Positions 30,201-38,591 of a stretch of DNA of 64,000 bases are shown here, in pieces (the stretch's first letter is position 1; every line of letters starts with the position of its first letter). The translations under genes were made by a program, and so were the position numbers. Below the pieces are notes generated by a model. That model was given only the letters and a program-made list of their open reading frames with translations, searched no databases and was not told the DNA's origin. Location: NCBI GenBank assembly GCA_964397255.1, contig CAYNHQ010000001.1, forward strand, positions 275,849 to 339,848. Reading direction: 5' to 3'. This DNA comes from an uncultured bacterium (GTDB taxonomy: Bacteria; Bdellovibrionota_G; JALEGL01; DATDPG01).

Positions 30201-32111
30201 CGCGTTCACATCGACGTTAAGAACGTGAATATCGTGAAGTGATTTCGGGACTTCTCCCTCCGTGATTTTTCGCGCCAGTTCTTCGACGATGGCGGTTTTC
30301 CCCACACCTGGGTCGCCAATTAATAAGGCATTCCGTTTCGTTTTTCGCTGAAGAATAGTGATCAGTTCATTGAGTTCCTTTTCGCGCCCGATTGCAGGTT
30401 CATAGGATTTGGTTCCATCCGTCATGTCTGTAACGAAAGAAGCCAGCGCCTGAGGGATGTTTACCCCCCGTTTAGTCGCAGTTACGGGCGGAGCGACTCT
30501 TTTGGTCAGCTCTTTGCCGAATTCCGTGAGGGCAGTGTTTTGGGCATGTTGTTGTTGAATTTCGATCAGAAGTTTTTCGATAGGTTCAATGACACTCGCT
30601 CGAAATTCGTCCGAACTTCTTTGCAACATCGGACGGATCGAACGCTCTGTTTCGATGGTGTCGTCACCGGGGGTCGTCGCTAATTCATTAAGTGAAAGCC
30701 GGTACAAAAGTGCCGATCTCGTGGCTCCTGCAATGGGAAGGACTTTCATCATTTCATTGGCCCGGATCGTCGCACGGGAAAGTGCAACAGCGAGAGTCGG
30801 ATGAAGTTTCACGGTGGAGGTATCCACCGCCTCTCTTACCCGGAAACGGTCTCCTTTTTTCGTGCCTTGAACAATCAAATTGGAATGACCGTTCAGAAAA
30901 TCGCCATAGGTCGCCACGGTCGAACTTCGGAGGAACGCCGCACGTTTTGCCTCTTCAATCCACCGGTGCATAAGGAGGTCAATCGGGACATCGGTAATAT
31001 TGGTCATTCGCCGAGTTAGCTCGGGGCGAGTCTCATTGGTCGTGCGGGGAACGAGGTCGATTTTTGGAAGTGTGAGTCCCCGGTTTTTCGCTTCGGATTC
31101 AAGAAAAGCTTTACGACGAAGAAGTGAAACTCTTTGCTGAGGAGCAATCTTTCTTTCTTCAAGAAGCCGACTCGATATCGATCGGTATTCGCTATTAAGA
31201 TCCTCGTCTTTGATCAGCAGTCGGCGATCCACAGCCGCTTCGGCAATGGTTTTTAACAAACCCTCACGTGGTCTTTCGCTCAAAATTTCGGAAATTCTGG
31301 CACCTATAGCCTGGCTTTGGGTTCGTTGTGCGGCATCAATGGCCGAGACCAGCATCGAGAAAGAGACATCTTTCTTGGCTAGTCGCGTGAGGTATGCCGA
31401 TTCAATTGCGGAGACGAGTCTGGAACTTATGGATTTTCCACGGCCCAGTTCTCGGGTGATTAATTGAAGCGTTCGGTCAGCCGTTTCCTGAGAAATGGTG
31501 GAATTTTTGGGTTCAGTTACTTCGAGAACTCTCTCAAGAAGAAAAATTCTTCGACCAGGGCGCAAAATATCGATGACTTCGACAAAATCTCCAAGTTGAT
31601 TTTGACTCGGAAGCGGAAGATTCCGTTCCTGCCAAAGATCTAACCATTTCCTACCCAACGAAGGATTGAGATCTTCCACGGCCAGATCGGAGAGATACGA
31701 AACCCACATTCTTTGTGGCTGGTTTTTCCACCAATGGGTGAGTGTTTCCTCTAAGTCAGGAGCATGAAAAAGATCACTGGAATGAATCAGCGAACGGCCG
31801 AGCGCTTCTTCATAGGGAAAACGATATTTAGAAAAGAGTTCAATTAAACGGGGCCCGTCTCCTTTTTCGAGGCCGACATGTTGGATCGTTTCGCGCAAGG
31901 CAAAAGGTGCATTTCGTTGGCCAATGTTTTCCCAGCCACTTTCCTGAACAAAAACTAAGAGAGCTTTTGGAAGGTGCTCAACGGTTTCGCTTAAGCCAAT
32001 GGATGCTCGTTGGTTTTGAGCAAATAGATCTCGACTGATCCCCGCCAAGGCCACCCAGAGGCCCAGGGCGAGAACTCCCCCCTTCGATCCCACGCGATTT
32101 CCCCCCTTCAC
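27264..32111 (-). CDS. Giant (1615 aa) ClpA/ClpB-family double-AAA+ ATPase with large N- and C-terminal extensions
   Basis: D1 Walker A LLIGDPGVGKTAIVEELA (aa ~595), D2 Walker A FLFVGPTGVGKTELV (aa ~945), sensor/arginine-finger regions, Clp-N-like repeats at aa ~430-580 (HPTLAVALSRATIRANEMMKVLPIAG); short D1-D2 linker (ClpA-like, no long M-domain); N-terminal hydrophobic segment GGVLALGLWVALAGI; C-terminal 400 aa with Gly-zipper-like hydrophobic helices. Confidence 0.8.
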   Translation of the reverse strand: MKGGNRVGSKGGVLALGLWVALAGISRDLFAQNQRASIGLSETVEHLPKALLVFVQESGWENIGQRNAPFALRETIQHVGLEKGDGPRLIELFSKYRFPYEEALGRSLIHSSDLFHAPDLEETLTHWWKNQPQRMWVSYLSDLAVEDLNPSLGRKWLDLWQERNLPLPSQNQLGDFVEVIDILRPGRRIFLLERVLEVTEPKNSTISQETADRTLQLITRELGRGKSISSRLVSAIESAYLTRLAKKDVSFSMLVSAIDAAQRTQSQAIGARISEILSERPREGLLKTIAEAAVDRRLLIKDEDLNSEYRSISSRLLEERKIAPQQRVSLLRRKAFLESEAKNRGLTLPKIDLVPRTTNETRPELTRRMTNITDVPIDLLMHRWIEEAKRAAFLRSSTVATYGDFLNGHSNLIVQGTKKGDRFRVREAVDTSTVKLHPTLAVALSRATIRANEMMKVLPIAGATRSALLYRLSLNELATTPGDDTIETERSIRPMLQRSSDEFRASVIEPIEKLLIEIQQQHAQNTALTEFGKELTKRVAPPVTATKRGVNIPQALASFVTDMTDGTKSYEPAIGREKELNELITILQRKTKRNALLIGDPGVGKTAIVEELARKITEGEVPKSLHDIHVLNVDVNAMVAGTMYRGEFEERAAGLIAFARSRPDILLFVDELHQIMGAGEASGTRAPLINALKPYLANGEIRMIGATDLVNLREVEKDPALRRRFKFVQVPEPSVAETVEILKRQAKTMEKHHGVRITPEAIEAAAKLSHRYVQELKLPDKAIDLLDQAAAETRIQEGDSEPLSPLDERQAVVNQIDRATQIRVLEDSAKLFRAVGDSRGAIWVERHHLQPGRAALRRQSVKTPSSQSKLSGSVTAEKIAELIARQTGVPVTQIGNEESAKLSNLEEELGKRVVGQREGISAVANAIRRMRTGLQDPNRPPVFLFVGPTGVGKTELVKALAETIFGNERNMSRFDMSEFMEKHSVARMIGSPPGYIGHEEGGQLTEAVRRRPHQVILLDEIEKAHPDVFQLFLQLFEDGRLTDGKGRTVDFKNTIIIMTSNIGSDRIREVTQRRKGIGFAMAEEEKSAQALVRKMRDSAMSAEDAPKDPVQKAITDAIAEKFKPEFINRIDEVVPFNQLSPEEVRQIAKLQIQSVNRRLAEKNIEIEPTEGTLALLAREGYDPLFGARPLRRLIQNWIENPLAKCFVSKKAPTGKIRVDLREDETLEFKQGDQILDTFRPLLAKAKVSPKKIGIQLNSGIDPVQAIRLLRSLSPATKEIAKSGAGYVTTKLASDVLVALIDRDFEKLKSWRDWNEVRHLIAEAAALGIAGTAGEFIYVGGYQGVRRLQGLSNIVIPKAAGAGIGAMSARMVPLWIALAGAPFLMGEGFQWKAALAGVPNVLISHAAAKGIARGFRIARVALRTEESFSSALKIQSATTLNPFEMFAVGVMEFTFIHYLGELEQKLWGDYQERKIKAGLAHSWEDLAESLATEEPSTKFETKAAEAQAAFRSVVGHTAALAYKDELIAQSDFHENEKNLENKARGNLLRGPMSLAEQQGAQLEIENAYLNRLKEIEEKRKKDRDEETPKRIFQETESRLQTVMAKAVKDWESGALP

Positions 32112-32168
32112 GTAGAGATTTCTTCTCTAATTCCATACAAACCTGTAAGGCTCGGGTCAAGCTAAAAT

Positions 32169-32882
32169 ATGCGCGTCGCACGATTTTATGAGCCTCACCT
32201 TCCATTTCGGGGAGGGCGGTTGGTGCTGCGTGATGAAAATCGTCGGATAGCAATCTCTGTTTTGCGCTTGTCGGAGGGAGCGCAAATTGAACTTTTTGAC
32301 GCCAAGGGCCAAATTGCCTCGGCGACCATTCAAGTGGCTTCTAAGAAAGAAATCCGTGTGGAGATTGTGAGCCTACGCCGGGCCGATTTTCCTTCTCCCA
32401 GCCTTACATTGATCCAGGGCCTGCCCAAGGGGGAGAAATCGTCGGAAGTGGTTCAAAAGGGTGTGGAATGCGGCATTTCCAAAATCGTTTTTGTGGAAGG
32501 AGAACATGCGGTCGCCCGAAAAGGGAAGGGGCAGAAAGAGCGCTGGAATCGTGTCGCGATCGAGGCCATGCGCCAAAGCGGAAATCCAATTCTTCCTGTC
32601 ATAGAGGGTCCTTTCCCGCTAAAGGAAGTGCTGGATCACTCTTCGGAAGAAGTTCGCCTCCTGCTGGATGAGAAAGAAGAAAAAAGTTCAATTCGAAACC
32701 ACCTGGAGAAAAAGGCTACGAGCATTGCGATAGCCGTCGGGCCGGAAGGGGGCTGGTCCGACGCGGATCGTGTCCTATTCCGCGCGGCGAAATTTTCGCC
32801 GATTTCTGTCGGACCGTATACCCTACGAACGGAAACCGCAGCGGTATTTGCGATGGCGCTCTCGCGTGCGTTTTACCCATGA
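32169..32882 (+). CDS. rsmE: 16S rRNA (uracil1498-N3)-methyltransferase
   Basis: N-terminal PUA-like region MRVARFY...LRLSEGAQIELFDAKGQ; SPOUT fold; 237 aa. Confidence 0.7.
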   Translation: MRVARFYEPHLPFRGGRLVLRDENRRIAISVLRLSEGAQIELFDAKGQIASATIQVASKKEIRVEIVSLRRADFPSPSLTLIQGLPKGEKSSEVVQKGVECGISKIVFVEGEHAVARKGKGQKERWNRVAIEAMRQSGNPILPVIEGPFPLKEVLDHSSEEVRLLLDEKEEKSSIRNHLEKKATSIAIAVGPEGGWSDADRVLFRAAKFSPISVGPYTLRTETAAVFAMALSRAFYP

Positions 32883-34603
32883 TAGACTCTTTTCCCCATA
32901 TGATTTCCAAGAAGCTTGCGCTTGTTTCTTGCCTATTGTTGCTGACCGAGTTGGGTTGCGGAAGGGGAAAGCCAAAGGTCATCGTTCCCGGTCATGATGC
33001 GGACTGGCCGATTGAGGCTCCCAATTCCAATTTGTACAATGATTACCTAAAAGGAAGTCAGCAGTCCGCTTCGGGGAATAATGCCGCCGCCATAGAACGC
33101 TTCAAAGAGTCCATAAAACTCGATCCAAAGTCCCCCTATTTGCGGGTTCGACTCGCTGAGGAGCTTTTTCGACGTGGGGATTTGACGGGGGCGGAGGCGA
33201 GCTGTCAGGAGGCTCTCAAGATCGATTCGAAAAATCGAGATGCCTATTTCCTTCTGGGTAAAATTTATGCGGCACGAAAGGAATGGGACAAGAGTGAGGC
33301 CGCGCTTAAGAAAGTCATGGATCTTGACCCCGCGGAGTCACGGGATGCCGCATTGGAGCTTTCCAGTATTTATGTTGAAGCAAAAATGCCGGAAAAGGCG
33401 ATTGCTCTTTTGGGGCAGGTGATTGCGAAGGACGGGGAGGATGTGCAGGCCTATTATGTGTTGGGACGAATTCATGCCGACATGAATCATGTCGACGAGG
33501 CGTTGAAAGCTTACGAGAAGGCGGCCGCGCTCAATCCCTCATTCATTCAAGCCCTAACCGCCATGGCACTGTTGTATGAATTTCAAGGGAAAATGGATCT
33601 GGCGGTGACGACCTATCGTCGTGTGCTTGAAAATGATCCCGACAACGTCAACGTTCGAAACCGTCTGGGACGAATTTACTTGGAGCAAAAAAATCTGGAG
33701 TCGGCTGTGGCGGAATTTGAGTCGGTGGCGCGTTCAAACCCCGAAGACGCGGTGGCCCGCTTGCGTGTAGCTCTCATTTATATTCAGCAGGAAAAAATCG
33801 AGGCCGCCGCCAAAGTCTTGCAAGAACTTATTTCTGATGCGCCTGAGTTCGATCAGGCCATTTACTACTACGGCATTGTTTTGGAGAAACAGAAAAAGCC
33901 TGATGCGGCCATTCATGAATTTCGAAAAATCAAACCGGATGCGGATTCTTACGAAGATGCTCAGTTGGCCGCTTCATATATTTTCGAAACACAAAAGAAG
34001 GATCTAGGCGGCGCGGAAAAAACACTGCGAACGGCAATCGAAAAAAATCCGAAAGCCTCTCGCCTTTACGGTGCACTCGCGGGGGTACTGATGAAGGCGG
34101 AGAAAATAAAAGAGGCAGAGGCTCTGATGAAAGATGCCGTGGCCAAATACCCGAAGGATGAAATTCTCTGGTTCTCCTTAGGGGAAGTATATGAAAAAAA
34201 GGGAGACTTGGTTGAATTGGAAAAAGCCATGAGGAAAGTGATCGATCTAAACCCTGACAACGCGAACGCGCTTAATTTTCTGGGATATACATTAGCGGAA
34301 AAGGGAATCCGTCTTGATGAAGCTGAAACGTTGGTTCAACGGGCTCTCCAGGCAAAACCAAAGGATGGTTACATCACAGACAGTCTGGGCTGGGTATATT
34401 ACCAGCAAAAGAAATACGACAAGGCGGTCGAAAAACTTGAAGAAGCGGTCAAACTCGTTCCCGATGACCCGACGATTAATGAACATTATGGGGATGCGCT
34501 TTTGAAAAAAGGAGACAAGAAGAAAGCACACGAGGTTTATCAGAAAGCTATAGAGCTATTTGAGGAGGAGAAGGATAAGAAGCGTGTTCAGGAAAAATTA
34601 TAA
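32879..34603 (+). CDS. TPR-repeat lipoprotein
   Basis: Signal peptide with LTELGCG lipobox-like motif; more than 12 TPR units (YYVLGRIHADMNHVDEALKAYEKAAALNP etc.). Confidence 0.75.
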   Translation: MIDSFPHMISKKLALVSCLLLLTELGCGRGKPKVIVPGHDADWPIEAPNSNLYNDYLKGSQQSASGNNAAAIERFKESIKLDPKSPYLRVRLAEELFRRGDLTGAEASCQEALKIDSKNRDAYFLLGKIYAARKEWDKSEAALKKVMDLDPAESRDAALELSSIYVEAKMPEKAIALLGQVIAKDGEDVQAYYVLGRIHADMNHVDEALKAYEKAAALNPSFIQALTAMALLYEFQGKMDLAVTTYRRVLENDPDNVNVRNRLGRIYLEQKNLESAVAEFESVARSNPEDAVARLRVALIYIQQEKIEAAAKVLQELISDAPEFDQAIYYYGIVLEKQKKPDAAIHEFRKIKPDADSYEDAQLAASYIFETQKKDLGGAEKTLRTAIEKNPKASRLYGALAGVLMKAEKIKEAEALMKDAVAKYPKDEILWFSLGEVYEKKGDLVELEKAMRKVIDLNPDNANALNFLGYTLAEKGIRLDEAETLVQRALQAKPKDGYITDSLGWVYYQQKKYDKAVEKLEEAVKLVPDDPTINEHYGDALLKKGDKKKAHEVYQKAIELFEEEKDKKRVQEKL

Positions 34604-35351
34604 TTTTCTATGGTTTGTGCTTGTCCTGATCAGCTGCGCCTCGGAACCCCCGGTACCCCTTAAAACCCGTGAAGGAGAAGAATGGCTCAAAACTCTTTCC
34701 GTGGGTCGGGCCGAATTTCGAACCTTGCGCGCAGAAGCGAAGGTTGAAGTCAAAAGAGGGTTTCGCCGGGCAAAATTCCATGCGTCGATCCTCGCTGCGG
34801 CGCCGGATAAACTCTATATCGAAGCGAGTGGTTTTGGATTTCCGGCAGCGCTTCTTTCTGTCGACGGAAATTTCACCCGCGTTTACCTTCCCTCCGAACA
34901 ACGTGCCTATGAGTCGAAGGATTCAAATGCGGTCGGCGCTCTTTTGGGAGTCCCGCTTGCTTCTCAAGAATGGATCAATTTACTTCTAGGTCGAGTTCCC
35001 AAACATGCGGACAAAATGGAACGGTCATCCACTGCAAAAGGCCAACTTTTCATTACTGTCACGGATTCAGACCAGAGTGGCGTTCTGACCCTTGATCGGA
35101 GCAGCGGAAAACTTCTTTCTTATGAAGAGAAAAGTCCTCGTTCTCTTCGCTATACATTTGAAGATTCGATCGATACGGTTGCGGGGCGCTATGCTTCCCA
35201 TGTTCGAGTGGTTTCAGAATCGCTTGCTGTGGATATCCATTTTAAAGAGGTGAGCGCCAATCCTTCCATCGAGGCACGGCTTTTTAAAATCGATTTGCCC
35301 CCGGGCATCGAACCCCTTGCTCTTCGGAATGTCGAACTCTGGCCGCATTGA
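34560..35351 (+). CDS. LolB-like/DUF4292-like outer-membrane lipoprotein (tentative)
   Basis: Lipoprotein signal FVLVLISCAS; size and beta-rich pattern. Confidence 0.3.
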   Translation: MRRRRIRSVFRKNYNFLWFVLVLISCASEPPVPLKTREGEEWLKTLSVGRAEFRTLRAEAKVEVKRGFRRAKFHASILAAAPDKLYIEASGFGFPAALLSVDGNFTRVYLPSEQRAYESKDSNAVGALLGVPLASQEWINLLLGRVPKHADKMERSSTAKGQLFITVTDSDQSGVLTLDRSSGKLLSYEEKSPRSLRYTFEDSIDTVAGRYASHVRVVSESLAVDIHFKEVSANPSIEARLFKIDLPPGIEPLALRNVELWPH

Positions 35352-35400
35352 TTTCGTTTCGCGCCTCACGAACCAAAAAAACAACCGTGTTATTGTTCAG

Positions 35401-35436
35401 TTGACTGTGGAATAAATCGGTGTAATCTTCAGTCAA
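35401..35436. promoter_or_regulatory. Hairpin TTGACTG-N22-CAGTCAA abutting the start codon of the COG1373 ATPase gene
   Basis: Perfect 7-bp inverted repeat; right arm ends at 35436 and the ATG is at 35437. Confidence 0.3.
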
Positions 35437-36576
35437 ATGAAGATTACATCGATCGCGAAACGCTATCTTGAAGATCCTGTTCACGCCGACTTGCGGGAGA
35501 AGATGGTCTTTATTGGTGGGCCGAGACAGGTCGGGAAAACGACATTGGCGAAAAAGCTGCTTTCGAGTTTTAAGGGGCAGTATCTAAATTGGGATGACAC
35601 GGATGATCGTCAAAGAATTCTTGCTGAGAATTTCAGCAAGGAGACACCGCTTCTTGTTTTTGACGAGATTCATAAGTTCGCGCGTTGGCGAAGATTGGTC
35701 AAGGGGATCTATGACAAATACTCTCCAGATACCAAGCTTCTTGTAACGGGCTCCGCTCGCCTCGACATTTTACGCAAGGGGGGAGATTCCCTTGTGGGCC
35801 GATACCATTACCATCGATTACACCCCCTTTCAGTCGCCGAACTAAGGATGAAAACGAAGGAGGACGTTCAGTCCCTGCTCAGATTTGGTGGTTTTCCCGA
35901 GCCTTTTTTTCGACAGAGCGAAATCGGTTATCGGCGTTGGTCTAACGAGCGAGTAGCGCGCGTGACGACACAGGACCTTCGGGATATTGAAACTGTAAAG
36001 GACCTTTCCCTTGTCGAACTGCTCATTTCCATGTTGCCTCCGCGTGTCGGATCACTGCTTTCTGTCCGGGGTTTACAGGAAGACTTGTCTGTTTCTCCCA
36101 ACACAGTAATCCGCTGGGTCGAAATTCTGGAGCGGCTCTACTACTGTTTTCGAATCCCTCCTTTCGGAGGCGAACGCGCCAAGGCGGTCAAAAAGGCGCA
36201 GAAGTTATACCTATGGGATTGGGCGGAAACTCCCGAAGGGGGTGCTCGCTTTGAGAATTTTGTGGCTTCTCACCTGCTCAAATATTGCCACCATCAGGAA
36301 GATACCCTCGGCGATAAAATGGAGCTTCGCTTTTATAGGGATAGTGACGGCCGCGAAGTCGACTTCGTCGTGCTCCAAAATCGCCGTCCGTTATTCGCCG
36401 TGGAATGTAAAAGTGGGGGCCAAAAACTTTCGCTCGACTTGAATTATCTGCAGACCCACTATCGAGTCGACCGAGTCTTTCAGACCCATTTGGGAAATAG
36501 CGATTTCGGTCACGAGGCGAAAGGAGGAAGAGTGATACCTTTCGCCAAACTAAGCGCGACGCTGGGTCTTTCCTAG
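35437..36576 (+). CDS. AAA+ ATPase with DUF4143 (COG1373 family)
   Basis: Walker A IGGPRQVGKTTLAKK, Walker B LLVFDEIHK, C-terminal DUF4143-like region. Confidence 0.75.
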   Translation: MKITSIAKRYLEDPVHADLREKMVFIGGPRQVGKTTLAKKLLSSFKGQYLNWDDTDDRQRILAENFSKETPLLVFDEIHKFARWRRLVKGIYDKYSPDTKLLVTGSARLDILRKGGDSLVGRYHYHRLHPLSVAELRMKTKEDVQSLLRFGGFPEPFFRQSEIGYRRWSNERVARVTTQDLRDIETVKDLSLVELLISMLPPRVGSLLSVRGLQEDLSVSPNTVIRWVEILERLYYCFRIPPFGGERAKAVKKAQKLYLWDWAETPEGGARFENFVASHLLKYCHHQEDTLGDKMELRFYRDSDGREVDFVVLQNRRPLFAVECKSGGQKLSLDLNYLQTHYRVDRVFQTHLGNSDFGHEAKGGRVIPFAKLSATLGLS

Positions 36577-36669
36577 CCCGGATTGTTCATGTACGGTGAC
36601 TTTTTATGGCTCAAGACCGAAAACGTCTGGGCAATACTCAATGGCATTAGTTAGGAAGAAATCTTTTCC

Positions 36670-37635
36670 ATGACTACTCCGCTTCTCGACGTGCGCAATC
36701 TCTCCATCGCATTTGATGTAAAGGGGAAGAAATATCGGGCTGTGGACCATGTTTCGTTTTCTATGGAGGCCGGGGAAACAGTGGCCATTGTCGGAGAGTC
36801 GGGCTGCGGCAAAACGATGACCGCGCTTTCACTGCTGCGATTGATTCCAGATGGAGGGAGCATGGAATCGGGAGAAATTCTTCTGCAGGGGACGAATCTT
36901 GTCTCTCTTTCTGCCAGCAAAATGAGAGAGGTTCGTGGCAAGGAAATCGCCATGATTTTTCAGGAACCCATGACATCGCTGAATCCGGTATTTACCGTCG
37001 GAGAACAAATCGCCGAAGCGATTCGAATTCATCGAAAACAGAATCGCTCGAGGGCAAAATCCGAGGCCATTGAGGCGATGCGTAGAGTTCAAATTCCTGC
37101 GCCTGAGTTGAGATACGACGACTACCCTCACCAGTTGAGCGGAGGAATGCGCCAGCGAATCATGATTGCGATAGCGCTGGCCTGTGATCCCCGGCTCCTT
37201 ATTGCCGATGAACCGACCACCGCTCTGGATGTGACGATCCAACTTCAGATCCTCGAACTTCTCAGAGAAATTCAACGAGAACGCAAAATGAGCATTCTTC
37301 TCATTACGCATGACCTGGGGGTGGTCGCCGAAGTCGCCGACCGAGTCTTGGTGATGTACGCCGGAGAAGTAGTCGAGTCGGCCACCGTTGAGGAGCTTTT
37401 TTCGGAACCGCTTCATCCGTATACTCGGGCACTCTACCGGTCACTACCATCGGTGGACACCAAGAAGGATCGCCTTCAGAGTATCCCGGGTAGAGTTCCC
37501 ACCATCGATGCAATTCCCGCGCATTGCCGCTTTCTGGACCGCTGCCCTGACGCCCAAGACCTTTGCAAAGAACCTTCGCAAGCCCTCCGCGAAATTCGGC
37601 CCCACCATTATGTCCGCTGCAGGCGCGCGGCATGA
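36670..37635 (+). CDS. Peptide/nickel ABC transporter ATP-binding protein (DppD/OppD type)
   Basis: Walker A GESGCGKT, signature LSGGMRQR, Walker [13 protein letters not shown], oligopeptide C-terminal domain. Confidence 0.85.
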   Translation: MTTPLLDVRNLSIAFDVKGKKYRAVDHVSFSMEAGETVAIVGESGCGKTMTALSLLRLIPDGGSMESGEILLQGTNLVSLSASKMREVRGKEIAMIFQEPMTSLNPVFTVGEQIAEAIRIHRKQNRSRAKSEAIEAMRRVQIPAPELRYDDYPHQLSGGMRQRIMIAIALACDPRLLIADEPTTALDVTIQLQILELLREIQRERKMSILLITHDLGVVAEVADRVLVMYAGEVVESATVEELFSEPLHPYTRALYRSLPSVDTKKDRLQSIPGRVPTIDAIPAHCRFLDRCPDAQDLCKEPSQALREIRPHHYVRCRRAA

Positions 37636-38591
37636 GCCTGTTGGAGGTCAAAGAACTTCGAAAGAGTTACCCCGTTCGAAAAGGATTTTGGCGAAAACTC
37701 GTGGGAGAAGTCCAGGCAGTGGATAAGGTTTCGTTTTCCATCGATCCGGGAGAGACGTTTGGTCTCGTCGGAGAGTCCGGCTCCGGGAAAAGTACGTTGG
37801 GGCTTTCGCTTCTTCGATTGGTTGAGCCGACTTCGGGGTCCGTTCAATTTGAGGGGGAAGAAGTTACGACCATGTCCTCTGAAGAGCTCCGTCGTTGGCG
37901 GAAAAAGGCGCAAATGGTCTTTCAAGATCCATTTGGTTCGCTTAATCCCCGGATGCGTGTCCGAAGCATTATTGGCGAAGCGTTTGTTATTCACCGGCTC
38001 GTCCCACGCGATGAAATCCCCTCACGTGTGGAAGCGCTATTAGAAACCGTCGGTCTTGGGCCCGATGCCATGGGAAAATTTCCTCATGAATTCAGTGGCG
38101 GGCAAAGGCAACGAATCGGCATCGCCCGGGCACTTGCCGCCGGACCAAAATTTATTGTCGCTGATGAGCCTGTTTCAGCTCTGGATGTTTCTATTCAGGC
38201 TCAGATTCTCAATCTCCTTCTTGACCTACAGGAGAAGCTTCGACTCTCTTATCTTTTTATTTCTCACGATCTTCGGGCGGTTGAATTCATCGCGAAGCGG
38301 GTGGCGGTCATGTATCTTGGCCGTTTCATGGAAGTTCTCGGCGCCAGCAATCTTTCAAAACAAGCGAAGCATCCGTATACCCAGGCGCTTCTGGCGGCCG
38401 TTCCTATCGCCGATCCAACCAAAAAGAGAGCCAGAATCGTGTTGGGAGGAGAAATTCCGAATCCCCTTCATCCTCCTTCCGGCTGCGTCTTTCATACACG
38501 CTGCCCGATCGCGGAGGAAAAATGCAAAAGAGAAATCCCCCCACTTCGTGAAATCGAGAAAGACCATTGGGCGGCTTGTCACCTGGTATGA
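37632..38591 (+). CDS. Peptide/nickel ABC transporter ATP-binding protein (DppF/OppF type)
   Basis: [29 protein letters not shown]; ATGA overlap with the preceding ATPase gene. Confidence 0.85.
   Translation: MSLLEVKELRKSYPVRKGFWRKLVGEVQAVDKVSFSIDPGETFGLVGESGSGKSTLGLSLLRLVEPTSGSVQFEGEEVTTMSSEELRRWRKKAQMVFQDPFGSLNPRMRVRSIIGEAFVIHRLVPRDEIPSRVEALLETVGLGPDAMGKFPHEFSGGQRQRIGIARALAAGPKFIVADEPVSALDVSIQAQILNLLLDLQEKLRLSYLFISHDLRAVEFIAKRVAVMYLGRFMEVLGASNLSKQAKHPYTQALLAAVPIADPTKKRARIVLGGEIPNPLHPPSGCVFHTRCPIAEEKCKREIPPLREIEKDHWAACHLV

Noticed and set aside
32050-32111. Apparent Sec signal peptide on the ClpB-like ATPase
   Set aside because: A secreted double-AAA+ ATPase is implausible. It was reinterpreted as a possible N-terminal membrane anchor or start-codon ambiguity and kept as a finding, not a feature call.
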